This document shows, piece after piece, positions 14,331-27,189 of a stretch of DNA of 64,000 nucleotides. Source of the stretch: Euprymna scolopes (taxonomy: Eukaryota); NCBI GenBank assembly GCA_053919585.1, contig CM132802.1. One strand, given 5' to 3'. The number at the start of each line of letters is the position of its first letter. Position 1 is the stretch's first letter. The notes beneath the pieces were generated by a model that saw only the letters and a list, made by a program, of their open reading frames with translations, was not told the origin of the DNA and ran no database searches. The position numbers were made by a program, and so were the translations under genes.

Positions 14331-14759
14331 CACACATTTCCAAACGCCGGGGCAAGACTGGGCACCGAGAATAGATATTAATAAATACAATTATAAGTTA
14401 ATCCGATACACAATTTCGGATGTTGTCCCATTTTGTGCGAGATTAATGCTATCGTCAAGGTTTCAGTAATAAATAGAACAAATACACCACTAGTTAATTT
14501 GCATAATAGAAAAATATAAATCATAAATACATAATATTGGCTTATGAATAGAAAAAAATGAAATATCTAATACGCAAATAAATTAATAAATTTTTAATAT
14601 GTACCCCGGAGATACTCACTACGACCAAGCTCGCATTTATAATCTACAGTCAAGACATGAGCTACTAATCGAAATATTTAATGAAACACTGTTGCGCACA
14701 TTCGATCCCAGTGTAGAAAGTTGTTTTTTCAAGTAAGTTTTAATATTGATAAAAATAAT

Positions 14760-14833
<74 letters not shown>

Positions 14834-14865
14834 TTATTTATTGTTATATAAACATGCTCACATCC

Positions 14866-14920
14866 CGCTGCTACAAACAGCCACTTGTTTCAATCAAACA
14901 ACAGATATCATCAGGCAGCG
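14866..14920 (-). ncRNA. Type I hammerhead ribozyme within palindrome 14831-15002
   Basis: Minus: CGCTGC CTGATGA t-ATC-tgttgttt-GAT-t GAA ACAAG-tggctg-TTTGT A GCAGCG; 6 bp stem I, GUA triplet; the plus arm has lost its core. Confidence 0.7.
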
Positions 14921-15282
14921 ATTGACTATTCAAATGTTCAATAAACAAGTGGCTGTTTATAGCAGCGGGATGTGAGCATGTTTATATAATAATAAACAAG
15001 TATTATCAGCTCTTTTTATTAAGCACTATCTACCAACCTCGTTGAATTCACTAGTCCATTACTTTTNNNNNNNNNNNNNNNNNNNNNNNNNNNNNNNNNN
15101 NNNNNNNNNNNNNNNNNNNNNNNNNNNNNNNNNNNNNNNNNNNNNNNNNNNNNNNNNNNNNNNNNNNNNNNNNNNNNNNNNNNNNNNNNNNNNNNCCATC
15201 GTCGTAATCTTCTATACCTCGTATACCTCGCATATTGATAAACTTCTTACATTGCGCTAAATATTTATGTATGTGTGCGTGG

Positions 15283-15341
<59 letters not shown>

Positions 15342-15386
15342 TTCACTTTTAATTCTCATTTTCGCCTCTTCGTACTCTTACTTCAA

Positions 15387-15426
15387 CACCTTAAGATGAT
15401 TCCTCGACGAATCGAAAGAGATCGTG
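15387..15426 (+). ncRNA. Degenerate minimal hammerhead motif
   Basis: CAC CTTAAGA t GATTC-ctcgac-GAATC GAAA gaga TC GTG; stems I and II pair, core carries a G>T change. Confidence 0.45.
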
Positions 15427-15586
15427 GCAGCAACAGTTATGGAACCGCTATTAAGATTTTTGATTTTGATATAAAAAAATATTATACGGAAAATCGATTT
15501 TTTTTTAAATGAAAGAATCATAAAGCAGAACGTTTACGTTGCTTTTAATAGTATTTGCTTGAATGACACATTGCTGCCAAAATATA

Positions 15587-15654
<68 letters not shown>

Positions 15655-15656
<2 letters not shown>

Positions 15657-15940
15657 TTTAAATAAAATACGCGTAAGTTTCTTTAGAGCTCTTTCGACCA
15701 TCATCTCGTCAGGAGGAAATTTTTTTTCTCCCCCGCATTGTGCCAATATTTTAATCGTTTTTAAACCACAATAAATTTTATTTTAGTTTGCCACGTACGT
15801 TTGTCACATTCAATAGTTCCCCATTAGAACTCTTTAAACTTTCGAGATAATATTATTTTGTTACGCTATCGATGTTCCTCTTGACGAGATGATAGCCGAA
15901 AGAGCTCTAGAGACACTATCACGTATTGTATTTAATGCTT
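15655..15940. mobile_element. Inverted-repeat element with a minimal hammerhead on each arm
   Basis: Minus 15681-15716 CTC CTGACGA GAT-gatg-GTC GAA AGAGCTCT A; plus 15878-15912 CTC TTGACGA..GAA AGAGCTCT A GAG; flanked by (TA)n on both sides. Confidence 0.65.
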
Positions 15941-15966
15941 TATAAAAATGTCATACCTCCAAACTA

Positions 15967-16024
<58 letters not shown>

Positions 16025-16133
16025 CGAGCAAACAGTTAATAAAACATGTTAAAAACCACTTTGAAATGAGTTAAAAACATATTTGATCTTAAAAGGAAAC
16101 ACTAGATAAGTGGATAGGCCTTAACCCGCGGAG

Positions 16134-16202
<69 letters not shown>

Positions 16203-17491
16203 TGCGAATATGACCATATATATCTACACACATATTATATATCTGTGTGAATGGTTATAAGGCGACACTAAAAACTCTCATTTAAAGAAATATATACACT
16301 GCAGGGAATGTTTATCATGTGTGAAATGACACCCGAGATTCCATCAATGCATCAAACTTCAAATCTCATAAAAAACAAACCGAAACAGGAAACAAAATAT
16401 ATCATGTTGCTTTACACTCACATATATGTGAATAGTGGCTCTGAAATACTTACTCTATGTTCATCCAACAGACATACGAAATAGCTATACACGTTTTATA
16501 CGCGCAGGATAGACAGCAGTTGAGAGAAGCCACAGTGTAGGGGTTGTATGAGCTCGAGGGATTTGATGCAGGCGTATGTCGTCTCTGTTACCTTCCTCAC
16601 ACGACTGTTTTCTCTTCTTTATGCACAACTTTAGTAGCTTCTCGCTTGTGGTTTGGACAAGTCTTTCTGGTGATGTTTGTTATTACTGGCCAGCTTCCTG
16701 TTGTTCCGAATCCTTGCGAAAACTGGCTGTTGCCGTCGGTGCCATAGGAGTTATGCAATAGTTTCACAATGTGGACCGGTGTATAAAGATCTCACATCTT
16801 CGATGGTGCAGTAAATAATGGTGATATTCAAGGTATTACTCAAATGTTGGCTGAGGATATTATTCTCTTTAGGCTGATGGTCGAGTCATATTTTCTGCAT
16901 ACGTGTGAGATTATCATATACTATGCTTTGCCCGGGCGTAAAATACGCTTAAATATGATATTTTAATTTTTCTAGATATCGGATATATTATTGCAGAGCC
17001 GTGATTTAAAAAGCAAAAGGAAATATTTGGGTGCCGTCAACTAGAATCGACACCGAAACTGTAGAATTCGAGGCTGGTGACGTTATACCTATATCTACGT
17101 GACATGCACGTAAACTGCTTAAAAATTAAAAATAAAATAAGATGAATGGGCAAAACGTTTCACACGTTTTTCCCCATTTTGGACCCTTAAAATCTATTTT
17201 ACCTGGCCAAAAACCCGTGAAAGAACGTAAGAACGTAACAAATCAAATCATTTTAGGTCCCTAGGCGCCGCTCTGCTACCATTAGGAGATGGAGTTGAAA
17301 AACTATTCAAACAGACATAAGAACATATAGCTTTTTTTATATTTTAAANNNNNNNNNNNNNNNNNNNNNNNNNNNNNNNNNNNNNNNNNNNNNNNNNNNN
17401 NNNNNNNNNNNNNNNNNNNNNNNNNNNNNNNNNNNNNNNNNNNNNNNNNNNNNNNNNNNNNNNNNNNNNNNNNNNNNNGTATCTTTCTGTT

Positions 17492-17554
17492 AAGTTACAT
17501 TATTGTTTCGGCCACACGGTCGTGTTTTTGGCCGTCTGTAGCGTCTTCAGACTT
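17492..17554 (-). ncRNA. Hammerhead ribozyme, diverged copy of the 18364 family
   Basis: Minus: AAGT CTGAAGA cGCTAC..GTGGCc GAA ACA-ataa-TGT A ACTT; lies between two assembly gaps. Confidence 0.65.
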
Positions 17555-17849
17555 TTACAGAAAAGTTCGCTGTTTTTGAACCCAGTCAACGNNNNNNNNN
17601 NNNNNNNNNNNNNNNNNNNNNNNNNNNNNNNNNNNNNNNNNNNNNNNNNNNNNNNNNNNNNNNNNNNNNNNNNNNNNNNNNNNNNNNNNNNNNNNNNNNN
17701 NNNNNNNNNNNNNNNNNNNAGAGTGCTGTATTATACGGGAAATCCGAAAATAATAGCGTATTATTTATATTTTGTTTTCTGTAAACAAAATATTAATATA
17801 CATATACACACACATACACACAAACACACACACACGCATATATATATAT

Positions 17850-17882
<33 letters not shown>

Positions 17883-18290
17883 ACGGCACAAGGACGTTGA
17901 CCATCGTTTCTCGCGAGATCACCGAAATTAAAGCAACGCTGAGACAGGCCTGATTGTTTGGGAAGGCTAAGAACTGTATGTACTTCGCCAAGTTGTAGAA
18001 ATTTCCAGGTTGGTTGTTTGGTGCTTATCAATTCACTGGGAGAGATGCACGCTTAGTCTTCGTTAAGGCATGCATACACGAGAAGGAAGCTCTAATGTAA
18101 AATTGTGCGATCTACTGTGTACCTTGCCCTGTGGCCGTTATCTGCACCGCCAAAGGTAAGCAGTAATACTAAAAAGTGTGGCTGGTTCAACAGTAAGTCT
18201 TCACCCTGATAAACAAATCATTTGTTTGGATTTCCGAGCAACTTATTTGTTGTGGAGGACGCTCATACGTCGAAATCGACAAGAGAGTCT

Positions 18291-18357
<67 letters not shown>

Positions 18358-18387
18358 GTATTATTTTTATTACCGTATCTTTCTGTT

Positions 18388-18451
18388 AAGTTACATTATT
18401 GTTTCAGCTACCCGGCCGTTTTTTTGGACCGTCTGTAGCTTCCTCAGACTT
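18388..18451 (-). ncRNA. Type I hammerhead ribozyme (intact, GUA)
   Basis: Minus: AAGT CTGAGGA AGCTAC..GTAGCT GAA ACA-ataa-TGT A ACTT. Confidence 0.8.
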
Positions 18452-18471
18452 TTACTGAAACATTTCTGTAA

Positions 18472-18533
18472 AAGTCTGAGGAAGCTACAGACGGCCAAAA
18501 AACGGCCGGGTAGCTGAAACAATAATGTCACTT
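18472..18533 (+). ncRNA. Type I hammerhead ribozyme (intact, GUC)
   Basis: AAGT CTGAGGA AGCTAC..GTAGCT GAA ACA-ataa-TGT C ACTT; all three stems pair; predicted cleavage after C18529. Confidence 0.85.
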
Positions 18534-18620
18534 AACAGAAAGATACGGTAATAAAAAAAAAGCATATTTGCTCTACAACAGTATTGACCACTTTCTTCAG
18601 TTTTTATTAATTACCATTTC

Positions 18621-18694
<74 letters not shown>

Positions 18695-18696
<2 letters not shown>

Positions 18697-19500
18697 GTAC
18701 TGGCAGTTCAATCAGGCTATGCTCGACCCCAATATAATGTTCATAACTTGCCCTATGTGCTAAACCCTTTATGTAAAATTTCAAATGTTTAGACGATTTG
18801 GTAGAGAGCATCTTTTTTAATTGGACGCCAAACTCGACCGATTAACATTTAATTATTAGGTCTGAAATCAAAATAAAGTTTTACCCATATCTAAGTTGCC
18901 TACATCATCTGAAATTTCAAGTGTTTACACCCAGTATTGGCGAAGCAGTTTCGTAGAATCTGCAAGAGTTTACTCTTTCAACATTGACCTTTTGGTAGCG
19001 AAATTTCTGACACAACATTGAATTAAAATCCTTGCTTCATGTCTCAATGCCCGTTGTGAAAAAATTCAAATCTTCAGGCCTAAAATTGGCTGGATGGTAT
19101 GCTAGAGACCGCAGATATAACACCTTATAAACTTTAACCCGTTTACAGCTCTAATTTTCGACCCAAGTTGATTAAAAAGCTTGCTCGCTCACTAAATATC
19201 CTTTTTTTTGTAAAATTTCAAAGCTTTAGACCAAAATTAGCTGACTGGAGATCTCAGAGGTCAATGTTTTTCAACTGTGACCCCAATTTTAATCCATTAA
19301 CATTCATTGTTTTAGTCTCAAATCAAATTAAAAAGTTTGACGCATGTCCAAGTAAAATGGCAAGTGTTTAGACACTAAACTGGGGAGGAGTTTGGTAGGG
19401 GTTTCAAAGGTCAAATTGTTGACAGCTAGATTTCTGGTTGAAAACTGATAAAAAATATTTTCCTAAATATCAATACACACAGACACAAACACACAGAACT
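18695..19500 (-). mobile_element. Diverged Helitron-like element with repeated internal units
   Basis: Repeated aaatttcaa..gtgtttagac..aaattgg units similar to the interiors of 10100-10330 and 48240-48480; ends in an acacacagacac tract. Confidence 0.45.
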
Positions 19501-21254
19501 TGAATGCGTACAGGGGAAGAACTTAGATGCCTACTAGACACTGTCCTTGAGTGTCTAAGGTCTCTCTGTACATGGGTTTGTCGGAACAATCTGGCATGAG
19601 GATACTTTTTCTATAGAAGTAAACCCTGACCAAATATTCAAAATCACATAGTATTCGCAGCCCAAATAAGATCTTCTCAGTACGGGTAACCCACATTTGC
19701 TTTTCCGATGAATGGTGCACCTTCTCCAATATCTATTACCTCAAATAATAGCACGAAGCTGGATACTCCACCAGACTAGATAGATTATTGTCCTTGAATC
19801 CAGTAAGACTAAGAGACCAACATGAAAGATATACTACCACGTATAAAAATGGTTAATTGGGGAGAGGAAAAATATGTTCTCAATTTATTTACTAACTCAG
19901 TGCTTGAGAGATAAAGAAGTTTGAAGGAACATTCAAATATCTATGTATCTCATATAGACTTCAAGTGTTAGCCCCAGGTTGTGGACCCCTTGAATTCTGA
20001 GAACTTCGACTGAAGTAAGATAAAACANNNNNNNNNNNNNNNNNNNNNNNNNNNNNNNNNNNNNNNNNNNNNNNNNNNNNNNNNNNNNNNNNNNNNNNNN
20101 NNNNNNNNNNNNNNNNNNNNNNNNNNNNNNNNNNNNNNNNNNNNNNNNNNNNNNNNNNNNNNTGCGCTACGGTCATTCACCTTACTAATCAACATTCGTG
20201 CGACACTTTACAAAACCTTTTTAGACAACATGTTTAATATTTAGTATTAGATTGAGGCAGGCAGATTTCTTCCAGCGTAGATAATTCATTCACACGGCGA
20301 TAAAAGTTACACAAATTAAAGCATCCTTCCAGTTTAGTTTGGGATTTCGCTCTTACTATTCAGTGTTCCCTTTGGATGCAGCATGGCGACAAGTATACCT
20401 GGACAATAAATCTGTTTTCCAGCATCTAAGAAACGGTGTTGATTAATTAAAAGGAATACATTGGACGTTGTATAACACAAACGCCCAATGCCTGGAATGT
20501 TGATGATTACAGCCGTATGCATATGAAAATTGTCGGATAGTATAACGATACCATCAAGACTGATGAAAAATTAACGAATAAGATATAAAAGCCCAACCAT
20601 GCAAAATTATACGATTTTATCTCGAAATTTTCTGAAATTACTTGCTTAATTTTGGTTCATGTTCAGGTAAATCTGATTTTTCTCGCCATATGTCAACATT
20701 ATTTAATGCTATAAGATGTACCTGCAGATGCCCGTTAATTAACGTAACGTTTTATTTCTTTAAATAAAAGAAGTAAAAAAACACACAAAGAAACTTAGAT
20801 ATGTGCATGCGAGTATTATGTTTTTTTATCCAACCAGATAACTTCTTGTAAGTTAAGATAAAAATTACTTGAACTTAAATCATAATCCAAACCTTAAGAC
20901 AGTTGATCAAGTACGATAACAATTAAGCCAGCTTGATGCATTCTTTGAAATGTTTTTTTTTCAAACTTACTTATTCTTGGTGAAGCCTGAAAAGGTTATC
21001 ATCCTAGGTAGGAACAGAATTGTAACTGCCCAGCAGCAACTAATTCAATACTGAAATAACGTTTTTTATAATTCTATAATACGGCAAATAAGGCACATGA
21101 GCTCATCAAGACTAGTTATAATCCCTATAACTCTGGCAAACGGAATAATTACTGACAGTTTTTTAATAATAAGTTGCAACAAAAATGTTCAACATTAAAC
21201 TATGTGTTCTATATTATACAGGGCTTGTTTCAAAAGTAAACCTTTTTTATGACG

Positions 21255-21690
21255 TTTCTAATTTTTCGAGATGAGGACTCGTTATTCGTATTATTTGGAT
21301 TCATCGGACTACTGTTCTCATTTTGAGTGTGATTTTCACAACGTTTATGTCGATATAACCTCCGACCTTTTTTTTAGGTGTATATTGTCGAACTCGGGAA
21401 TGTTTCTGCCAAACTCGGAAATTTGGACAGGATTTCGAGCGGAACCCTTTTATTTACTTCAAGGTCTTAGCATGCTTTTGTTCCGTCACCCATGACTGGA
21501 TAGAGGTCCTAAGTAATTCGTAACTATATTTATAGGTCGCTCACAGTGAGGATTCCGTCGAAATTCCAGAGTTCGACAAGATATACTTGAAGAAGCCTGA
21601 GGTTACATCGACCGAAACTTTGTGACACTCAGGATGAGAACAGTAGTCCGATGAATAAAAAAAAAACGTGAATCCTATTATTTAACTAAA
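21255..21690. mobile_element. Penelope-like element with inverted pLTR arms and degenerate hammerheads
   Basis: 21295-21400 is the reverse complement of 21565-21660 (tcatcggactactgttctca / tgagaacagtagtccgatga); reconstructed consensus CAC CTGAAGA A GGTCG..CGACC GAAACGTT GTG. Confidence 0.65.
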
Positions 21691-21924
21691 CAACTTCAAC
21701 CTTGAAAAACTATTAAGCCGTAAGTGATTCCATTAAAACGAGCGACGTNNNNNNNNNNNNNNNNNNNNNNNNNNNNNNNNNNNNNNNNNNNNNNNNNNNN
21801 NNNNNNNNNNNNNNNNNNNNNNNNNNNNNNNNNNNNNNNNNNNNNNNNNNNNNNNNNNNNNNNNNNNNNNNNNNNNNNNNNNNNNNNNNNNNNNNNNNNN
21901 NNNNNNNNNNNNNNNNNNNNNNNN

Positions 21925-22200
21925 GATATGACCTTAAGCCATATCCAGTGGTGAGACGCCAGCTTGCAGGCTTTGGGGAGTGTGGAGCCACCCTTTAATT
22001 ACAATTGCTCCCAGGTCAACTCTGACCCGGAGTGGTAGTACCTGTTAGGGTCCCAACTATGTGTTTAATAGAAACCGACTTGAAAACAACAAATATAGTC
22101 TATTAAAAAACTTTTATTCAAAATCTTTGGCTTCGGCATTAAATAAGTGGAAAAAGGTTTATATGCCGTAAAACAAAAACAACCAACCAACTAATCCAAC
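21925..22200 (+). mobile_element. SINE-like element (same family as 7885-8157)
   Basis: ttgctcccaggtcaactctgacccggagtggtagtacctgttaggg core and aaccaaccaac tail. Confidence 0.75.
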
Positions 22201-22799
22201 GACGAAAGAGAACTTAGTCTTTCAATCTCGAGTGCGATTTTTCCCTGAAATCTTTGTCGTCACTCTAAAACTGGTGAACTCATCTTCTTACATGCTGACA
22301 TTAACTGCATTGGCTTCGTAAACGTTCAAAAGATGCCGGTAAATGTTGGTCGTCTTAATCTATTCTATGTGGAGTTGTGTAATGACGCCTCTCTATTTCT
22401 GAGGCACTTCCATCACCGCATCTATTTTCTGAGAGTCTCAAACCGTCAATATCTAAAACAGAGACATTAAACATTTTGGTGATGAAAAAATAGGTTCAGT
22501 CATCATAGTAATGCAATTTCTGATCTTTTTTTTCTTCATTCGAGCGGAATAAATATAGGAGACATTACTTTTAAATGCCCCTCGCAACAAATTGAGATGG
22601 AGAAAGGGGGGCAAAGATGTCGATCTTCATCAGAAAAATATAAAATTATCGCTCTAGAGCAAAGCAAAACTACTGTAGAAATTGATCAAATAAACAATTC
22701 AGTAAAACATTCTCTTAAGAATCCATACAAGTGTCCAAGCTACACAAACTAATTACATAAGAGCAGAAAGTATACCGATTGAAAAGCTTTTAAAATTTT

Positions 22800-24290
22800 A
22801 ACTATTAAGATGTTCCTATTATGTGGCTACTTCATATTACTGATTTCATCTTGCGTGTTGTTTTCATTATCTCGATGTGACTTTTGACCTTTGTTCATGT
22901 ATATCTTGTTTTAGACGAGGGTGTTTCCGTTGAACTTCGGTTTCATTTTTTCGAACTCGGGAATTAAGTTCTCTCTGATTCTCTTTCTTCTGATATTGAG
23001 CACGTGGTACAACGAGGAAAGAAATAGCTGGTTACTTTTAATTCACCTAAAACCAAGCTTCTATTTTTACATCATCAACGCTCTGATATCCATCTGGTAT
23101 CAATTGAAATGAATGGCTCTCGTCTTAGGGAGGCTTTATTTTACTCCCGATCTGAAGTGGAACTCGTATATCAAATCTATTGCCAAGGTCACTGGAAAAC
23201 AGTGGGGTCCTTCTACTGCTCCAGTAGATATCTCACTCCTGATGCAATTTTCTACCTATATACAAGCCAGGTACGGCAAACAATGGAGTACTGTTGGCAC
23301 ATCTGGACAGGAGCTGCATGAAGCTTATGACAGGGTTCAAAATAGACTTCGTAGCTTAGTGGGGATGGCCTTTCCTCTTCCCTACAACCTCTTTTCCACG
23401 GAGAGACGTTACGAACCTATCTCTGCGTTATCGGTATCTCCATGGCAAGTGATCATCTGAGCTCTAATCTATGGTCTCCCCTCACTAAACTTTCACGAAA
23501 AACACTCACCTTACCAAAACCCCTACCAATAATTCCCCACCCTCTTTATCTCCTTACTAAACCTAAATGTGGATTCCATGAACAAAGCTTCTTCCTTATA
23601 ACTGCACATCTTTGAAGCTTTCTTCGGTGTGCCTACTTTCCAGCTGACTACAATCTGATTTTATTCATGTCCAACGTAAACAAATTCTTGAAGAACCGTC
23701 CCGCTAACTAATCCAATTTAGAAAATTCCCACTACTCATGTGATCTACGCAATAATCACTATGACTAATGTATATCAATTAACCATTATCCTCGATTGGC
23801 GTCCGGGCCTTGATAAGTGGTGATTCCTGTGTAAATTAAAAAAATTAAAGTAGATACCAAACAACACCGTTTATTTAACCATGAGGTTTAGCATGCTCTC
23901 GCTCTGTCAGTCATGACCGGATAGCGCTCCTCAGTAGTTCGCAATTGCGTTTTCAGTGTCCTCTGTACTCAGAACAATTACCCTCTTTTTTGAGGTGTAA
24001 AGTTTAATCCTCGCTGCGGGGTACGATAAAATGTACAATTGCGGATTAATTAGGATTTCTACCCTGTCATTGCTGTGCAGAACGAGAGCAGATCACAAAT
24101 ATAGATTAAATAAAAGGGATCCGATAAATTTACTGAGTTTGACAGAAAATTCTAGGAATTCTAAGATATTCATGAAGATCTAAATTAACGTTGACCTGAA
24201 CATTGTCATCATAAATATTAAAATGAGAACAGTAGTCCAAGAAATCCATGCAATACAAAAGATATATCCTCATCTAAAAAATATCCATCA
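22800..24290. mobile_element. Second, LINE-interrupted copy of the 21255 family
   Basis: tcgaactcgggaat at ~22951; agcatgct..catgaccggatag..cctcagtagttcg at ~23890 matches 21469-21520; atgagaacagtagtcc at ~24222. Confidence 0.55.
22990..23845 (+). mobile_element. 5'-truncated CR1-group LINE (RT C-terminus and 3' UTR)
   Basis: YLTPDAIFYLYTSQVRQTMEYCWHIWTGA; DRVQNRLRSLVG; 3' end ggccttgataagtggtga..tgtaaa shared with the other copies. Confidence 0.85.
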
Positions 24291-24755
24291 ATATAGTGAA
24301 CATTTTCATTATCGAAATCGCTCCGAAAAAAAGCATGACGCCACTTCATGTAAGGTACTTACCTAAAAAAAATAAAATACTACTTCAAATGCGATAGGTA
24401 AGACTGTGACAACAGTATAATCTTTTCATTCTTTTGATTCTCAAGTATATATCCGACACATAAGACACAGTCAATCAACCGAGAACCACATCAGTCTATA
24501 TAAAAACATATATTAACGGATATATACACAATTAACGGATATATACTCAACAGTAAAAACAAATAAAGAATATGCTGTGTTTACAGCTTTTGCGATGAGT
24601 TAGATGCATATGGTCAAACCAATCCTCATCTAAAAATATACGGAAATATATTGAACATGGTATTTACCGAAATCTCTCCGAGAAAAGCATGAACCACTCG
24701 ATTTAAGGAACTAACCTAAAACAAATTGAAATACTATTTCAGATGTGATGAGTTA
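24265..24755 (+). repeat. Diverged ~135 bp direct duplication (24265-24400 and 24622-24755)
   Basis: atcctcatctaaaa..gaacat..cgaaatc.ctccga.aaaagcatga..ccact..taagg.act.acctaaaa..aaatacta.ttca.atg.gat in both. Confidence 0.65.
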
Positions 24756-25709
24756 CGTGCACCAATTTTTCCTCGTTTGTCATAAAATCGCCCATGAAAT
24801 GTGAGAAATAAAATACGAAATTACCCCGAAGGTTTCCCTTCTGCTCCCCTTAATTAAATTCACAAAACTATTAAAAAGATATCTATTGTAGACTAAATAA
24901 TCGATTGTTTACAGAGAATCGATTCTTATTCGTTTTCCTCGGTGTTGAATCCAAGGCAAATGCGGAGCAATTTTCATCTTGCCGAATCTAAACGGTCGAA
25001 AAGAAAGTTTCACCCGAACGTCAACACTGGCTCATTATTTAACAAAATATTTATATTTAGAAGATGACAGTAACTACATCGCGGGCCAATTCGACGTACA
25101 TTTCCCAACCCATGCTTGCCTATTAGGTAAACACTACGGTATCGGAAACTCAGCTTGTATGACGGCCAGATCGAACGTGACTTGAATAGCAATCAATGAA
25201 TATTAATGATCAATTATCGAGAAATTTTTACATAGATGCTACGGAATATTGGCAGATATTCCCAGAGATTAGATCTGTGGCGCCGCCAGTAGATAGCAAG
25301 GAAATACACGCGACTCAGCTATTATTCTCTTTACGTTGTATTTCCCTCTAACATTTTCTTTTTGTGTTTCTTAAGATATATTCATATTGGCCAATGTAGC
25401 TCTCATGAATTTTCGCCTCTTAATCTCGTTACTGCATTTTTTTTTGTATGTTTTAAATGTAAGCCACTTTATGCTTTTAGATGTTGGTACCATATCGTAT
25501 CTAAAATAATGTTGCCGTTGGCTGGCTAGTTATTTCTATGGGAATCGCGTCAGCCAAGGTGTGAAGGCTCTTAATATATGGGTCTAACGGGGACGAACAA
25601 TAATTATCTCCAAAACAGGGGAAGTCTGTTGAACGTTGTCGTTAAAATTCCAAGGTTTAAAAAGAAAAGAAAAAAAGCCTCGACTAGGCCAGACAAACAC
25701 ATTTTATAA

Positions 25710-26088
25710 TCCATATATATCTATAAAAGTAAGTATTTGTGTTTGTGGACACTTCTCCACCTATACGCTGAGCTAAAATTTAGTCCACAGATTTGCAATT
25801 AAGTACATAGGATAAGCAGATATGTCGAACACTTTTTATTCGTGTATACATCCCCCAAAAACGGCTGCTAACGTGAGAAAATCGACAAATTGATACGCAG
25901 GCGTAGTCATATTTTTTTTTCTGGTTCAAATGTTTTACAAATGCGCATGCGTGACCGTGAAATATGACAGCTTAAGAATAGGTAGGCTTTAAAACATTTT
26001 GTAAAACAAGATGTCTCATTTTCTGTATGAATTAAAATATAATATTTATGCATATTTTACAGCTGTGAAACGACGTAAAGCCTGCTAG
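25710..26088 (+). mobile_element. Degenerate non-autonomous Helitron
   Basis: Starts TC(C)ATATATATCTATAAAAGT like 48158; ends ..gcctgCTAG. Confidence 0.5.
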
Positions 26089-27189
26089 CACATCTAAAAA
26101 TGTGAAAATGTGTGTGAGAATAATTCTCATTCTATATACTCAACGGTTTTTTCTTTACAAAATTAAAATTTGGTATATAGGATATTCAGACTGTCTAAAA
26201 GTTTTTGAGTCGTTTTTTTCCGGGGGAAACGGTGTTAAGGAGGAAAAACTGAATAAATTATACCGGAGAGTCATCATATATTTATGTGTGAACTGTTTCA
26301 CGAATGCGCATGCGATGCAGTGAAACATGGCGGCTTCTTCATGTTAAGAATAAGAGTCTTTGAAAACACTTTGTAAAGCTTGTGTTAAGGTTATTTAATG
26401 GTAATCATTCTGTCTTTACTTTTTGGTTTCGATTATGCTCGAGTATTTAATTTTTTTTTTTCACTTCAAAGAAGTAAACTGCTTAGAAAAAAGACAATGT
26501 TTGCCTGCATATGACTTCATTGGCAAAGAAACAGACCACACGGACAACGTTAACCGCGATAAATACAATTGAAATAAACATTTATATAAATGTCCAGACG
26601 GCTAGAGTTATCTTAATATTAGAACATCGTGATCTGCCTTAATGTACGACATTTATAACAATCCATTCAATTTTGACACATTTTTGAATTTTTTAAATCT
26701 AAAGACTCATAAAATAAGGGGTCGAAAAAATCCAGAAGAACGTACCATTTTTACGTTAGTTACAAAAATACACTTTTGCTTATTTTCCATCAATTTATAT
26801 TTTGTTTAAGCCGAAATATCTTCATCTGAATGAAAAAGTTACAAACCACAAGTACTTTTAAATCAACGTTATGTTGTCCTTATTCGTTGTGTTAATATTA
26901 GCTATTTGTCATCTACTCATTCTTTTTAATTTACTGCAAATGCTGTCAGGTGTGTATTACTAAGTTTATATGAGTCGTTGAAATAACAAGCACTCATTAT
27001 TTTTCATGAAGAACAGTCTGTAATGTATTAGACTGTTATCACTTGGGGATATTGATTTGTTGCCGGGTTAAATAAATGACAGTTTCTCGGCAGCCACGTA
27101 AAGAAATCAAACCAACCAAAATCGTTTGTTAAAAAAATATAAAACACTTGTTTATTTCTCGCTCTGTGTTGAGCATTTAATTCGGTAGA

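Larger units (their letters stand above)
18364..18622. mobile_element. Palindromic hammerhead-bearing Penelope-like non-autonomous element
   Basis: Near-perfect palindrome 18364-18555 plus unique tail containing gctctacaacagtattgaccact; (TA)n on both sides. Confidence 0.75.

Noticed and set aside
16500-16900. Possible Tc1/mariner N-terminal remnant on the minus strand (FGTTGSWP)
   Set aside because: A single weak motif with no TIRs identified.
19530-19800. Possible mariner-like catalytic remnant (GYFF..MNGAP)
   Set aside because: Too degenerate to support without a search.
20330-20560. Coding-looking patch (GIHWTLY) suggestive of an exon or viral protease
   Set aside because: Stops in the relevant frame and only a three-residue motif.
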